64,000 bases of DNA from Hemiscyllium ocellatum (taxonomy: Eukaryota): NCBI RefSeq assembly GCF_020745735.1, contig NC_083417.1:53630001-53694000 (forward strand), given 5' to 3'. The notes under the pieces were generated by a model that did no database searches, was not told where the DNA came from, and saw only the letters and a list, made by a program, of their open reading frames with translations. Of this stretch, positions 39,701 to 51,206 are shown piece by piece. Each line of letters starts with the position of its first letter. Position 1 is the first letter of the stretch. The translations under genes and the position numbers were made by a program.

Positions 39701-40268
39701 CACTTGTTTCTGGGAGATTTCCCTTTGGCCATCAGTATTTCGGTGATACTTTCCATTAGCCCTATGCCCAGGGCCTGACTGTCTGGGTTGTTCTTTGCTT
39801 CCAGAAGTTCCTCAGCCTGCGTGGTCGTCCACGCCCCTGTTGGTAGGGATGGATGCCATTGGTCTGATGGTTCTTCCTAGTTGCACTTCAGGTTTCTATG
39901 GGCTACTGGACTCTCCTCCTGGTTCTGCTTCTGTGGGGTATTCTACACAAGTATCAGCAGTGATCACTTATATTTCTGCTTGGGTACTTTATAGATGCTT
40001 GTGTTTATCTGAGAGTTGTTTTGCAGATTTTGTTGATTGCTTGCTTCTAGCAACTCTTATCTCTAACTCTTTCTTCCTGAGGCCACTTATAGGCTCTCCT
40101 CCCTGGCTTACAATTTTGCTGCCATATTTGGAGATGTTTCTCATTGTGTAAGGCCAGATGCCTGTGTCGCACATGCTGACCAAGTCCTCTCTTTATCATG
40201 AACCACAGTTCACATTTGCTGCGTTGGAAGTTGCTATTTAGGCTGGGTTGCCCTGTTCCCTTACATGT
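36760..40268 (-). mobile_element. R2 non-LTR retrotransposon, 5'-truncated and decayed
   Basis: Motifs in the expected order on -: C2H2 zinc finger (KCELWFMIKRGLGQHVRHRH, ~40155-40220); Myb-like KSAKQLSDK; RT (VVDLSLVFYSVGH, GVKQGD, ILFNIALDPL, FCNCTGLSIN); TDGNLY..R.SGLGI; zinc-knuckle remnant EILAHISGWYPFVKNVRIKLHN; RLE nuclease LWKPDVIFSRDTKVAVVDVTICYE (~37490-37560); FVMGAR*KW; 3' end AAA abutting 28S TAGCCAAATG. Confidence 0.9.
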
Positions 40269-40430
40269 TCAGTCTCTTGAAATGTGTTAAGGTAGACTTA
40301 AGTCCCCAGGGCCAGATGGGATCTATCCCAGGATACTGTAGGAGATATTGGCTCGGGCCTTAACAGATATCTTTGCATCCTCTTTGACCTCAGACGAGGT
40401 TGCAGAGGACTGTGAAATAGTCAATGTTTA
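40269..40430 (+). mobile_element. CR1 ORF2 fragment, right half
   Basis: Encodes [21 protein letters not shown]...LTDIFASSLTSDEVAEDCEIVNV, collinear with the intact CR1 ORF2 in this window. Confidence 0.8.
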
Positions 40431-40454
40431 AGAACATTTAAGAACAGAAACAGA

Positions 40455-41455
40455 CTCTATCGGGTCCTTCGTTCTGACAGCCAGACTACTGCGACCACTA
40501 GGACTCATAACAGCACACAAACCAACAGCCACTCTCAGACAACAACTCACCAGGATGAAGGACCCGATACCCAGCATGAGCAAAACCAATGTAGTGTACA
40601 AAATCCCATGCAAGGACTGCACAAAACACTACATAGGACAAACAGGAATACAGCTAACGATCCCCATCCATGAACACCAACTAGCCACGAAACGGCACGA
40701 TCCTTAGTAGCCACACATGCAGATGACAAGCAACATGAATTCGATTGGGACAACTCTACTGTTATAGGACGAGCCAAACAGAGAACAGCCAGGGAATTCC
40801 TAGAGGCATGGCACACATCCACAGATTCAATCAATAAGCACATCGACCTGGACCTAATATACCGACCACTACAACGGACAGCTGGAACGGACAACCGGAA
40901 GTGGCAGATTCAAACCACTACAAATGCTGAAGGAAAGATCACGGAAGCGCTTCATAGGAGGCTCCCAAGCACTGAGGATGTCACCTAGATAGGGGACGAA
41001 ACGTCTGCAACATAAATTCCCAGCTTGGCAAACAGAACCACAACAGGAAGACAATTAGCAATGCGCATCCACAAACACCAACCAGATGGCCCTAGTAGCC
41101 ACACACCAGATGACAAGGACCACAAATTCAACTGGGACAACATAACAATTATAGGACAAGCTAAACAAAGGACAGCCAGAGAATTTCTAGAAGCATGGCA
41201 CTCATCCACGGACTCCATCAAGAAACACATTGACCTGGTATACCGGCCACTACGACGATCAACTAGAACTGGCAACTGGAACAAAACCAGAAATTCCAGA
41301 AGAGACAGTACAGCGCTTCACGGGATGCTCCAAAACACTGAAAATGTCACTTAGACAGCAGACGAAATGTCTGCAAATCAAATTCCATGTTCAGCAAACA
41401 TACCCACAACTACAGAAACCGGCACCTGAGCTACAAATCTTTACACAAACCTCAA
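40455..41455 (+). mobile_element. Penelope-like element, partial tandem duplication (GIY-YIG C-terminus plus terminal repeat, twice)
   Basis: KDPIPSMSKTNVVYKIPCKDCTKHYIGQTG (GIY-YIG); REFLEAWH..SI.KHIDL occurs twice (~40790 and ~41178). Confidence 0.88.
40969..41008 (+). ncRNA. Minimal type I hammerhead ribozyme motif in a PLE terminal repeat
   Basis: gca CTGAGGA t GTCACCT agat AGGGGAC GAAAC GTC tgc: both core boxes, stem II, palindromic ACGT helix III, gca/tgc stem I. Confidence 0.65.
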
Positions 41456-42013
41456 ATTACTGTTTTTCATTGACAGTATCATCCTGTGATAAACTTTATT
41501 TTTAAAAAATCAAGTCAGCTTCACATTATTCCACTTATATTGGAAAAGAAGAATAATATAAACAAGGGATTTTACTAATAAAACTAGAAAGATGCAATGT
41601 TGAATAATGCACTATATCCTGAAGTTCTATTGATATCCAGTACACACAAAATAAACCTGCTCGTTTTTTTTGTAAATATGAAAGTGTTGCTTGATTCTGT
41701 TAAAATGTTGATGAACAGCTCAAGGGAGAGTCGAATAAATATCTGGAGATAAATCAATGCATTGAGTTTTTTAAAAATGATCTCCTCCCTAACATTGGCA
41801 AAGCTACAGGACATTAAGCTAGGTTTCTATCTTGCAACTTAAGCACTACTTATTTAAATGCAATTACAACAGTGTCTCCTCCAAAGCGAGTACTTCCATT
41901 GCAGTCAAACTTGCATACAACCATGTGATGCCCACAAAGATTATGTAATCTGTTAAACTATCGTGACGACAGGAAATAGCTTTTTTTAAAAAAAAATTTT
42001 CCTTTCTCCACAG

Positions 42014-42212
42014 GGAGCTGACAGAAGCTGACCTAAAAAAGGCTTTTCAAACTATCGATCCATCGATAGATCCACAGACTTTGGCCACATATTTAGCTCA
42101 AGGTTTCCAAACAACAAAGGAACAACTTGATCAAGCTACTGCTGTGGATACTGACACTGTTTTAGATCGATTACAAGCAAGTGACATAAAGAGAGTAGGA
42201 CCACGGAAGTAG
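42014..42212 (+). CDS. TSNAXIP1: TSNAXIP1 last coding exon
   Basis: ctccacag|; (E)ELTEADLKKAFQTIDPSID...LDRLQASDIKRVGPRK*; TIDPS.D and DI.RVGPR match the TSNAXIP1 C-terminus; TAG at 42210-42212. Confidence 0.94.
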
Positions 42213-42329
42213 TCCAAAAGTATATTTCAAATTTGTAAAGAGTTCTGATGAGTACCGCTTTACATATGTTAATATTTTTTAAAGTAAACTACATTATGGG
42301 TGTGTTTGAATTGAGTCTAATTTTTCAAA

Positions 42330-42335
42330 ATTAAA
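42330..42335 (+). terminator. Candidate poly(A) signal (ATTAAA) for TSNAXIP1
   Basis: ATTAAA ~120 nt after the stop codon with T-rich sequence downstream; AATAAA at 43187-43192 is an alternative. Confidence 0.45.
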
Positions 42336-43262
42336 TAACATAGTACTGACTTCTTGTTCTTTTTGGAACTCCATAGCTAAACTCTATTTGTAAGGTCATT
42401 AATAGAAAAGTGCTAAAATTGATATGAGCATCCTTTTTAAATGTATTAGTAGGTACTTTTTAAAAAACATTAATTCATGGTATGTGGGCTTCTCATGCTG
42501 AGCTAGCATTTATTCCCCATCTCTAATTGCCCATGTTGTGGTGGTGAACTGCATTAATACTCCCACAATTCTGGTCATACAGCACTTTAATAAAACTTAT
42601 TTTTAAAAGCTTACATCTAAAGGACATGCTGAATGAGTTGTTAACACAAGTTTGGTAGTTTCTATAATATAATGAATGCAAATACTGTAAGACAAGCAGC
42701 TCCAATATTACAAAAAATTTATTCTTCAGAGACTTCTCTTCTGAGATGACTATCATTTTACTGAATCTCAAGACAGCAACTTACACGTCCCTGAGTATTG
42801 CAACTGTCTACTAACTTATCTAAGTGACCATTTTTCATGAATAAGTCTTGACAGTCAAGACAGTCATAAAAATGTTTGTTGATGTTTTGACTGACCTCAT
42901 TCGTGATGATATTCCCTTTCCCAGTTCAGAATTTGTACTTCCACTGGATAAAATGGGTCAACTCAGCAACATCAAAAATTGCTGTCTGATTGATTTATAA
43001 TACCATATTCTGTAATTTTCAATGCTACAACGAACAGGTCTCAGATTTGTCTCAAACTGAAAAAGTAGCACAAAGCCCTTGTTAAGTCTCAAGAGAACAG
43101 AACACAAAAACCCTGCTACTGCAAATGCTCGCTCTTGTTTACAACAAATTCAAATCAATCAGCTAGATTTCAAATTTGTAAGGAGTAATAAAAAAAATAT
43201 AATTTCAGAGGTTTCACAACGGGCAAAGAGTTTTTTTGAGATTCAGTTTAAAAGTTGACATC

Positions 43263-43268
43263 TTTATT
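43263..43268 (-). terminator. Candidate poly(A) signal (AATAAA on -) for CENPT
   Basis: tttatt on + strand; other candidates at 43791-43796 and 44263-44268. Confidence 0.4.
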
Positions 43269-45104
43269 GTGCATTTTACAGAATTATTAACATTATAATT
43301 AATCAAAAGACTGAAATCTTCCATAGCATGTGAAAAAGAAACAAACACGAGCTTGATCAGATGTACAGATTATTACAGTGCATTCTAGGAATAATGGAAT
43401 ACAATGGACAGGTCAAGGAATCACAACTGACATTTGCAGAAGTAGAATACCTTAACTCAAATGACAATCAAAATTAACTTTGTTATTTGCTTAGTTAAAT
43501 TTACCATGTTTTCTTGGTTTACTATCTGAAGTTACACAGGAACTTCTAATGGACTTGAGCAGTTATTGGGTGAGGTACGAGTAATGAGAAATCAAATATT
43601 ACTCAAGTAGGAGGGTTAAATAAATTGTAATTAAAGTTTTGTTGTTGTAGGAGATGCACACTTTTCTTAACTAATTATACAACATTTTTATCTAAAATGT
43701 ACAACATGTTCTCAAATTTTGGTCATGCCAAGTCAGGAACAGCAGACCCAAATCTAGAGGTGAAGATTTTCTATTTTAAGACTGTCTACATTTATTACAA
43801 GGAAGTAATATTTTAATACAAAACACTTTTTAAGAGTGCAAAAGTACTGATGAGAAAAATTGCTTTGTGGTGTAAGTTAAATATGTATAATTATAGTAAA
43901 ATATATTTTAACTTTAAACATATATTTTGAATCAAGCTCTCCACATTTTAATTTTATATGGATAGTTTCAACCTGCTGCTTAGTAAATATAAGTCCAGAG
44001 TACAATTTGCCAATTTTACATGAAGTTGTGCATGTTACTTAGGAGAAAAATTCACATTGGTGATGTAGGGAGTTGGGATTAATACATATTATTTGGCTAA
44101 TTAGTGAGAAGATTACTTTGTAGATTATTGCAAAATATCCAACCTCGGAGTACATACATTACCACTCACTGCTTTGAAAACATTCCTCATGTTCCTTCTG
44201 CATTTCACCAAAAACCTTAAATCTTAGTGCTTGACCAATCATCAGATAAATCGGAATTTTGTTTTATTAACATTATGATTAAATGATTGAAATGTATGGT
44301 AGAGATATATCTAAACCAATCTCATAAGCTCCAAGCAGGAAAGCACCAACTTCTCCTCCTTGATCTTACAGCTAAACTTCCTTACCCTTGGGACCATTCT
44401 GGTAAATTTTCTTACCTGCTCAACAACTTCATATTCTTCCTCAAGTCTGATGTCCAGAACTTTGTAAAGGTTCAGCTTTTGTACTCAATACCACTACTTA
44501 TGAAGTCCAAGATACCATCTGCTTTGTAAACTGCTCTCTCTCTCTCTCATTATGATTTTGCCACCTTTAAGGATGTCTGTCTACTAAAAACCCCAGGCTT
44601 TTTTTCATGTGCACTTTTAAAACTCTGCCAATAAGTCCATGTTTATACCTATCCCTTCTGCCAAAATGCACCACTTCACTTCTATAAAATTCCAGCTGCT
44701 GTTTTTCTATCCAAAATCTTGATCTTTTCTCCGAGCAGTGTTTTTTTTCCTGATTTTATCAATCATGGTATTTTGTCAATTGCTTTAAGATCCGTACAGA
44801 CAATATCCATTGAATTCCCTTCAAATTTTTCTGTTACTTTATCATTAAAAATTAATTATTTAGTCAATAACATTTGCTTTAATGTTGATAGGATCCATGG
44901 ATTAAATGTAATGCTAATACAGCATGGTTTCCTCAGCAGAGAGACCCTACAAATCAGAGCTCATGGAAGTCTATAAGAACGGCTATAAATTTTTACATTA
45001 GGGACTTCATTAAAAGAGAAATATCTCCACTTACATAGAGCTCTAATTTCTGGTCTGGCAAGTAAGAGCAATAGATTTGATGAGACACTCTACGTATGTG
45101 GTTG

Positions 45105-45228
45105 TTACTTATTGGGAATTATCTTACTCCCACTGACAGCCATTGGAATTAGTTTTTCTCTGCATTCCATAGATAGGTGGCGTTCTATCAGTATATTCAA
45201 GGGCATCTTTGCAGTCACAAATCCTTGC
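45105..45228 (-). CDS. CENPT: CENP-T last coding exon (end of histone fold)
   Basis: tttcttag|; (R)QGFVTAKMPLNILIERHLSMECREKLIPMAVSGSKIIPNK*, matching the CENP-T C-terminal pattern RQG.VT...L..L.ER.L..E.R..LIP.A.SG. Confidence 0.94.
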
Positions 45229-45984
45229 CTAAGAAACAGAAACAAAATAATTCAAAAATAGATTTAACATATAGATCTGTTTTTTTTAAAAATCCAATCC
45301 ACTTGCAATGTCCTTTTTTAAACATAAGGAACGTGCATTTCTTAAATTTATTGTTCACATTATAACTTTACAAAACACATTCTCAGCAATCTTGTGTGCA
45401 CCCGCATAAAAAATATAGCTGATTTATGTAGTGCCATTCATGATGTCAAGACAAACAAAAGTGTTTTACAATCAATGAAGCCTTCTTTTAAGAGATCAGT
45501 AGTCCAGAACTTCAGTATTGTTGAAGCTTTTTGTTTCATACTCAGCAAGTTAACTCACAAGGAATAACACTAAGAGAAAACAACATTTATACCATATGAA
45601 AGGAATTAGGATGGTCAGTTTGGCTCAGAGCATGGTGCACTGGCCTGTACTGGAAGTTAAATAAACAGGACTCTGTTCTTTGCTGACAGAAAAATATGCA
45701 TACACACAACTGTTGTTTCAAGTCAACGAAATAAGTCAGAGCATTCTCCTGATAAGAGAAAAAATATTCGACAAAATCTTTTTTCCAGTAATATTTGAGC
45801 GATTTTAATTTTATATTAGGATATAGGCATGGGACATCGCAGAGAGCAGTTAAGTGTCAATCACATAGTTTTGCGTCCAAAATAACATTTAAACCAAACC
45901 AAGTAAAGATAATTGCTTGCTTCTTTAATTATCAGTCAATCAGCTGGGTGTTTAAAACAATTGATGACAGTTTCTATAATGTTG

Positions 45985-46470
45985 ACATTGCATGGAACAC
46001 AATACAGCATGGAAACAAATCCTTCAGTCCAACCAGTCCATACTAAACATAATTCCAAACTAAACTAATACCACCTGCCTGCTCCTGGCCCATATCCCTC
46101 CAAACCTTTCCCATTCATGTATCCTTTTTAAATGTTGTAATTGTGCCCGAATCCATCACTTCGTCAGGAAATTAATTCCACATGCGAAATACCCTCTAAG
46201 TAAAAAAAAATTACTTCTTTTTAGATCTCTCTCTCCTATCACCTTAAAAATGTGCACTTCTCATCTTGAAATTCCCCATCTGAGGGAAAAGACAACTACT
46301 ATCTATACCCATTATTTTATAAACTACTTTCAGATTGCTTCTCAATCTTCCACACTCCAGTGAAATAAGTCCCAGCCTATCCAGCCTTTCTTTAAAATCA
46401 AACCTTCCATACCCAGCAACATTCTGGTAAATCTCTTGAGTCCTCTCCAGCTTGATAATATTCTTCCATG
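45985..46470 (-). mobile_element. CR1 3' fragment
   Basis: Similar to 12335-12830. Confidence 0.75.
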
Positions 46471-46687
46471 AAACAAATTTTCGATTCCAAATTTTAAAAA
46501 AATAATTAATTGAATTTAAGTCCCATCAGAAACGACAGTGGAAGTGGAGTCTCCAAAATATTAGCCTGGACTCTTGATTGCTAGTTAATTTACATTACTG
46601 TGAGGCTAGTGTTACCCCCCACCCCCCGTTAAATATATTTTGAATATTGTGTCTTTGTGACTATGTATACAGAGAATAATAATCAAA

Positions 46688-47012
46688 GTCATAGAATACC
46701 TATAGCAATGAAAGGAGGCCATTGGGTCCACACTGACTCTCTGAATAGCATCTCACCTTCCCAGTACCCTATCCCTGTAACCCTGCATTTCCCTTGGCTA
46801 ATCCACCTAACCTACACATCGCTGGGCACTATGGGCAATGTTAATATAGCCAGTTCACCTAACTTGCACATCTTTGGAAGGAAATCACAGCACCCAGCAG
46901 AAACGGGGAACATATGCAAACTCCACACAGCTAGCCGCCCAAGGGTGGAATCAAACCCAAATCTCTGGGCATTGTGAGGCAGCAGTGCTAACCACTGAGA
47001 CACCGTACCACC
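46688..47012 (-). mobile_element. HE1-like V-SINE
   Basis: Reverse complement of the same head and core. Confidence 0.85.
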
Positions 47013-47344
47013 CAAGATAATCATCCATGTTACCTTTGAAAGTCATACAGATTATGAACAGCAGTCTTACTGTCAAACAGCTACATAATTATTGAAGCCT
47101 ATATGCCATACTAAACAGGTGTGTTCATATTATTTTCCCCATGAAACCACTTTAGTAGCTAATGGCAGTCTAGTCTTGGTCTCTGGCACAAAGCTGACTT
47201 GTTGCTATTATCCAGAAGGAAAAAATGGTGAGATAACAATTTTACATGGTTGCTGAAAACCATAAAAAAATTAATTGATGTTGCAAATAATGCTACTGTT
47301 CTTCTGTAAAATAATCCTTAACAACTCTTTGCTCACTCTCTCAG

Positions 47345-50149
47345 CAGAGCAGGTAAGGGCTGTTTGGCAGTGGCTGCTTGAAGGCTCGGTGACGTTTGTT
47401 TAACGGTTTAAATTTGAAAGTTTTTTTTAAAAAGCGCGGAGCGGACCCGGAAGCTGGTGTAGCGCAAGCTTACCTGGATAAGTTGTTTTTTCCTATAAAG
47501 GCGTGCAGGAGGGTGCCTGTAAACAGGAAGGTGGCTTGAAGTGTGTATACTTCAATGCGAGAAGTATATGAAATAAGGTAGGTGAACTTGCAGCGTGGGT
47601 TGGTACCTGGGATTTCGATGTTGTGGCTATTACAGAGACATGGGTAGAACAGGGACAGGATTGGCTGTTGCAGGTTCCAGGGTTTAAATGTTTTAGTGGG
47701 GTCAGAGGTTTGGGTAAAAGAGGGGGAGGTATGGCATTGCTTGTCAAAGATAGTATTACAGCAGTGGAAAGGACGATGTATGAAGACTCACCATCTGAGG
47801 TAGTTTGGGCAGAGCTTAGAAATAGGAAAGGTGAGGTCACCCTGTTAGGAGTTTTCTACAGGCCTCCTAATAGTTCTGGAGACATAGAAGAAAGGATTGC
47901 GATGATGATTCAGGAGAAGAGTGAAAGTAATAGGGTGGTTGTTATGGGGGACTTTAACTTTCCAGATATTGACTGGGAAAGCTATAGCTCGAGTACTTTA
48001 GATGGGTCGGTGTTTGTCCAATGTGTGCAGGAGGGTTTCCTGACACAATATGTAGACAGGCCAACAAGAGGTGAGGTCATACTGGATTTGGTTCTGGGTA
48101 ACAAATCAGGCCAGGTGTTAGAACTGGAGGTAGGTGAGCACTTTGGGGACAGTGACCACAATTCGGTGACTTTTACTCTAGTGATGGAGAGGGATAAGTG
48201 TGCACTGAAGGGCAAGAGTTATAGCTGGGGGCAGGGAAATTATGATGCGGTGAGGCATGACTTAGGATGCGTGGCCTGGAAAAGTAGGCTTCAAGGGAAG
48301 GGTGCAATCGATATGTGGAGCCTGTTCAAGGAGCAACTATTGAGTGTCCTTGATAAGTATGTACCTGTCAGGCAGGGAGGAAAGGGTTGTGTGAGGGAGC
48401 CGTGGTTTAATAAGGAATTGGAATCCCTTGTTAAAGGGAAGAGGGCAGCCTATGTAAAGATGAGGCGTGAAGGTTCAATTGGGGCGATTGAGAATTATAA
48501 GGTAGCCAGGAAGGATCTAAAGAGAGAGCTAAGAGCAGCAAGGAGGGGACATGAAAAGTCCTTGGTTGGTAGGATTAGGGAAAACCCAAAGGCTTTCTAT
48601 AGGTATGTCAGGAATAAAAGAATGACTAGGGTAGGAATAGGTCTAGTCAAGGATAGTAGTGGGAAGTTACGTGTGGAGGTTCAAGAAATTGGGGAGACAC
48701 TGAATGAATACTTTTCGTCAGTATTCACTCAGGAACAGGACATTGTTGCCGGTGTGAATATTGAGTCACAATTAATTAGAATGGATGGCTTTGAAGTATG
48801 TAGGGAAGAGTTGTTGGAAATTCTGGAAAGGGTGAAAATAGATAAGTCCGCTGGGCATGATGGCATTTATCCTAGGATTCTCTGGGAAGGAAGGGAGGAG
48901 ATTGCAAAGCCATTGGCCTTGATTTTTATGTCCTCGTTGTCTACAGGAATAGTGCCAGAAGACTGGAGGATAGCAAATGTGGTTCCCTTGTTCAAGAAGG
49001 GGAGTAGCGATAACCCTAGTAACTATAGGCCGGTGAGTCTCACTTCAGTTGTGGGCAAAGTCTTAGAGAGAATTGTAAGCGATAGGATTTATGAACATCT
49101 GGATAGGAATAATGTGATCAAGAATAGTCAGCATGGTTTTGTGAAGGGCAGGTCACGCCTCACAAACCTTACTGAATTCTTTGAGAAGATGACTAAGGAG
49201 ATGGACGAGGGTAAAGCGGTAGATGTGGTGTATATGGATTTTAGTAAGGCGTTTGATAAGGTTCCCCATGGTAGGCTACTGCAAAAAATACGGAGGTATG
49301 CCATTGAGGGGGAGTTGGAGGTTTGGATTAGGAATTGGCTGGCTGGAAGAAGACAGAGGGTAGTAGTTGATGGTAAAGGTTCATCTTGGAGTGCAGTTAC
49401 CAGCGGTGTTCCGCAAGGATCTGTTTTGGGACCATTGCTGTTTGTCATTTTTATAAATGACCTGGAGGAGGGGCTAGAAGGTTGGGTGAGCAAGTTTGCG
49501 GATGATATGAAAGTCGGTGGAGTTGTTGACAGTGAGGAAGGATGTGGCAGGTTACAGCGAGATATAGATAAGCTGCAGAGCTGGGCAGAAAGTGGCAAAT
49601 GGAGTTCAATGTAGGTAAGTGTGAAGTGATTCACTTTGGTAAGAGTAACAAGAAGATGGGGTACTGGGCTAATGGTCGGATACTTGGGTAGTGTGGATAA
49701 GCAGAGGGATCTTGGTGCAGAGGAGGTTTACCAGAATGTTGCCTGGTATGGTAGGAAGATCGTACGAGGAAAGGCTGAGGCACTTGGGGCTGTTTTCATT
49801 GGAGAAAAGAAGGTTTAGGGGTGACTTGATAGAGGTGTACAAGATGATTAGGGCTTTAGATAGGGTTGACCATGAGAACCTTTTTCCACGTATGGAGTCA
49901 GATATTACGAGGGGGCATAGCTTTAAATTAAGGGCGGTAGGTACAGGACAGATGTTAGGGGTAGATTCTTTACTCAGCGAGTCGTGAGTTCATGGAATAC
50001 CCTGCCAATAACAGTGGTGGACTCTCCCTCTTTATGGCCATTGGATAGGCATATGGAGGATAGTGGGGTAGTGTAGGTTAGGTGGGCTTGGATCGGCGCA
50101 ACATCAAGGGCCGAAGGGCCTGTACTGCACTGTATTGTTCTATGTTCTA
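47345..50149 (+). mobile_element. Young CR1-clade LINE with near-complete ORF2 (APE endonuclease plus RT) and 3' tail
   Basis: ORF 47623-49614 (AITETW, YRPP, GDFN, SDH; [21 protein letters not shown]); nonsense codon at 47569-47571; frameshift near 49590; internal deletion near 49715; tail ends in ttctatgttcta. Confidence 0.95.
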
Positions 50150-50270
50150 ACCCTGTCAAGACCAGTATATATGGCTTGAAAAATAGTTAAGTTTATTGCC
50201 AACTAAAATTGTATTGGATACATGTCAAAATTTGGTGAACTTACTGTTTGTGACTTTATTCAAAACTCAC

Positions 50271-50375
50271 CTTTTCATTAGAAGTTCCAAATCTTCTTTT
50301 TCAATAGTTCTTCTTTTAGCATGTTTGGTATAAACATCAACATCATCACAAAGCTGTTTGAAATATAATTCCAAG
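50271..50375 (-). CDS. CENPT: CENP-T histone-fold exon
   Basis: tttttacag| ... AG|gtgagt; (C)LELYFKQLCDDVDVYTKHAKRRTIEKEDLELLMK(R); phase 2 to 2. Confidence 0.95.
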
Positions 50376-51050
50376 CTGTAAAAAGAAAACATTTCTAATA
50401 TCCACAATAGACATGGAACTATATTTCTCATGTGGTCTTACCATTCCTATTATATCGATTGCAGATAACACCATCTCTGATCACTGCTTCCAGTGACATA
50501 ATTGGAAAGTACAATGTTCACCCAGATATTAATATCACCTAACATTACTTCACCATGACCTCTCTTTCTTCCTGATATCCAGTACTAGATAAACAGAAAT
50601 TGGGAATTTTGAAGCCATTTGTCTTCAGTTTTCAACACAAACTCCACTCCCTAGCCACCAGCTCTTCTGTCCCTGTCATTTCTGACCCCAAGATGCACTT
50701 TCAAATACATATCTATTCCATACCATGACTAAGACTGCCGTTTCCATCTCTATACCTTTACTCAACTCTATCCAAATACCGAGCCAAAGTAGTTCAGAGT
50801 CACATTTTGTTTTGTAGTGCTTTGGGACATTTTATTAAAGAGACCTCTCTTGTGGCACAGCAGTAGTGTCCCTACCCCTGGACCAGGGGACATATAGTAA
50901 CATTTCTAAACAGATTGATTACAAAAATAGGCGATGTATTACTTGCTGTTGTTTGTGCCCCAATTTTGAAATTTTTAGAATTATTATTTCAAAGTTTTAT
51001 AACACAAAATGATTTGCTTTAATAATTAGCATTGTAAAACTGCAACTTAC

Positions 51051-51206
51051 CATTGTTCAACTACTGTAAATGTTTCTTTCTTCACTCTCATTTTGGCATA
51101 GTGAGTAAAAACAGACTTTACAAAGCTGCTTGGCAAACTGGTTTTCTTTCTTGCTTTGGGTGTTTTTTTGGGATTCTGCCTTACTTTTACAAGTGGTTTG
51201 TGTGCT
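51051..51206 (-). CDS. CENPT: CENP-T exon (basic linker plus start of histone fold)
   Basis: caacag| ... TG|gtaagt; AHKPLVKVRQNPKKTPKARKKTSLPSSFVKSVFTHYAKMRVKKETFTVVEQ(C); phase 2 to 2. Confidence 0.9.

Noticed and set aside
47982-49634. Antisense ORFs within the CR1
   Set aside because: Shadow frames of the intact ORF2.
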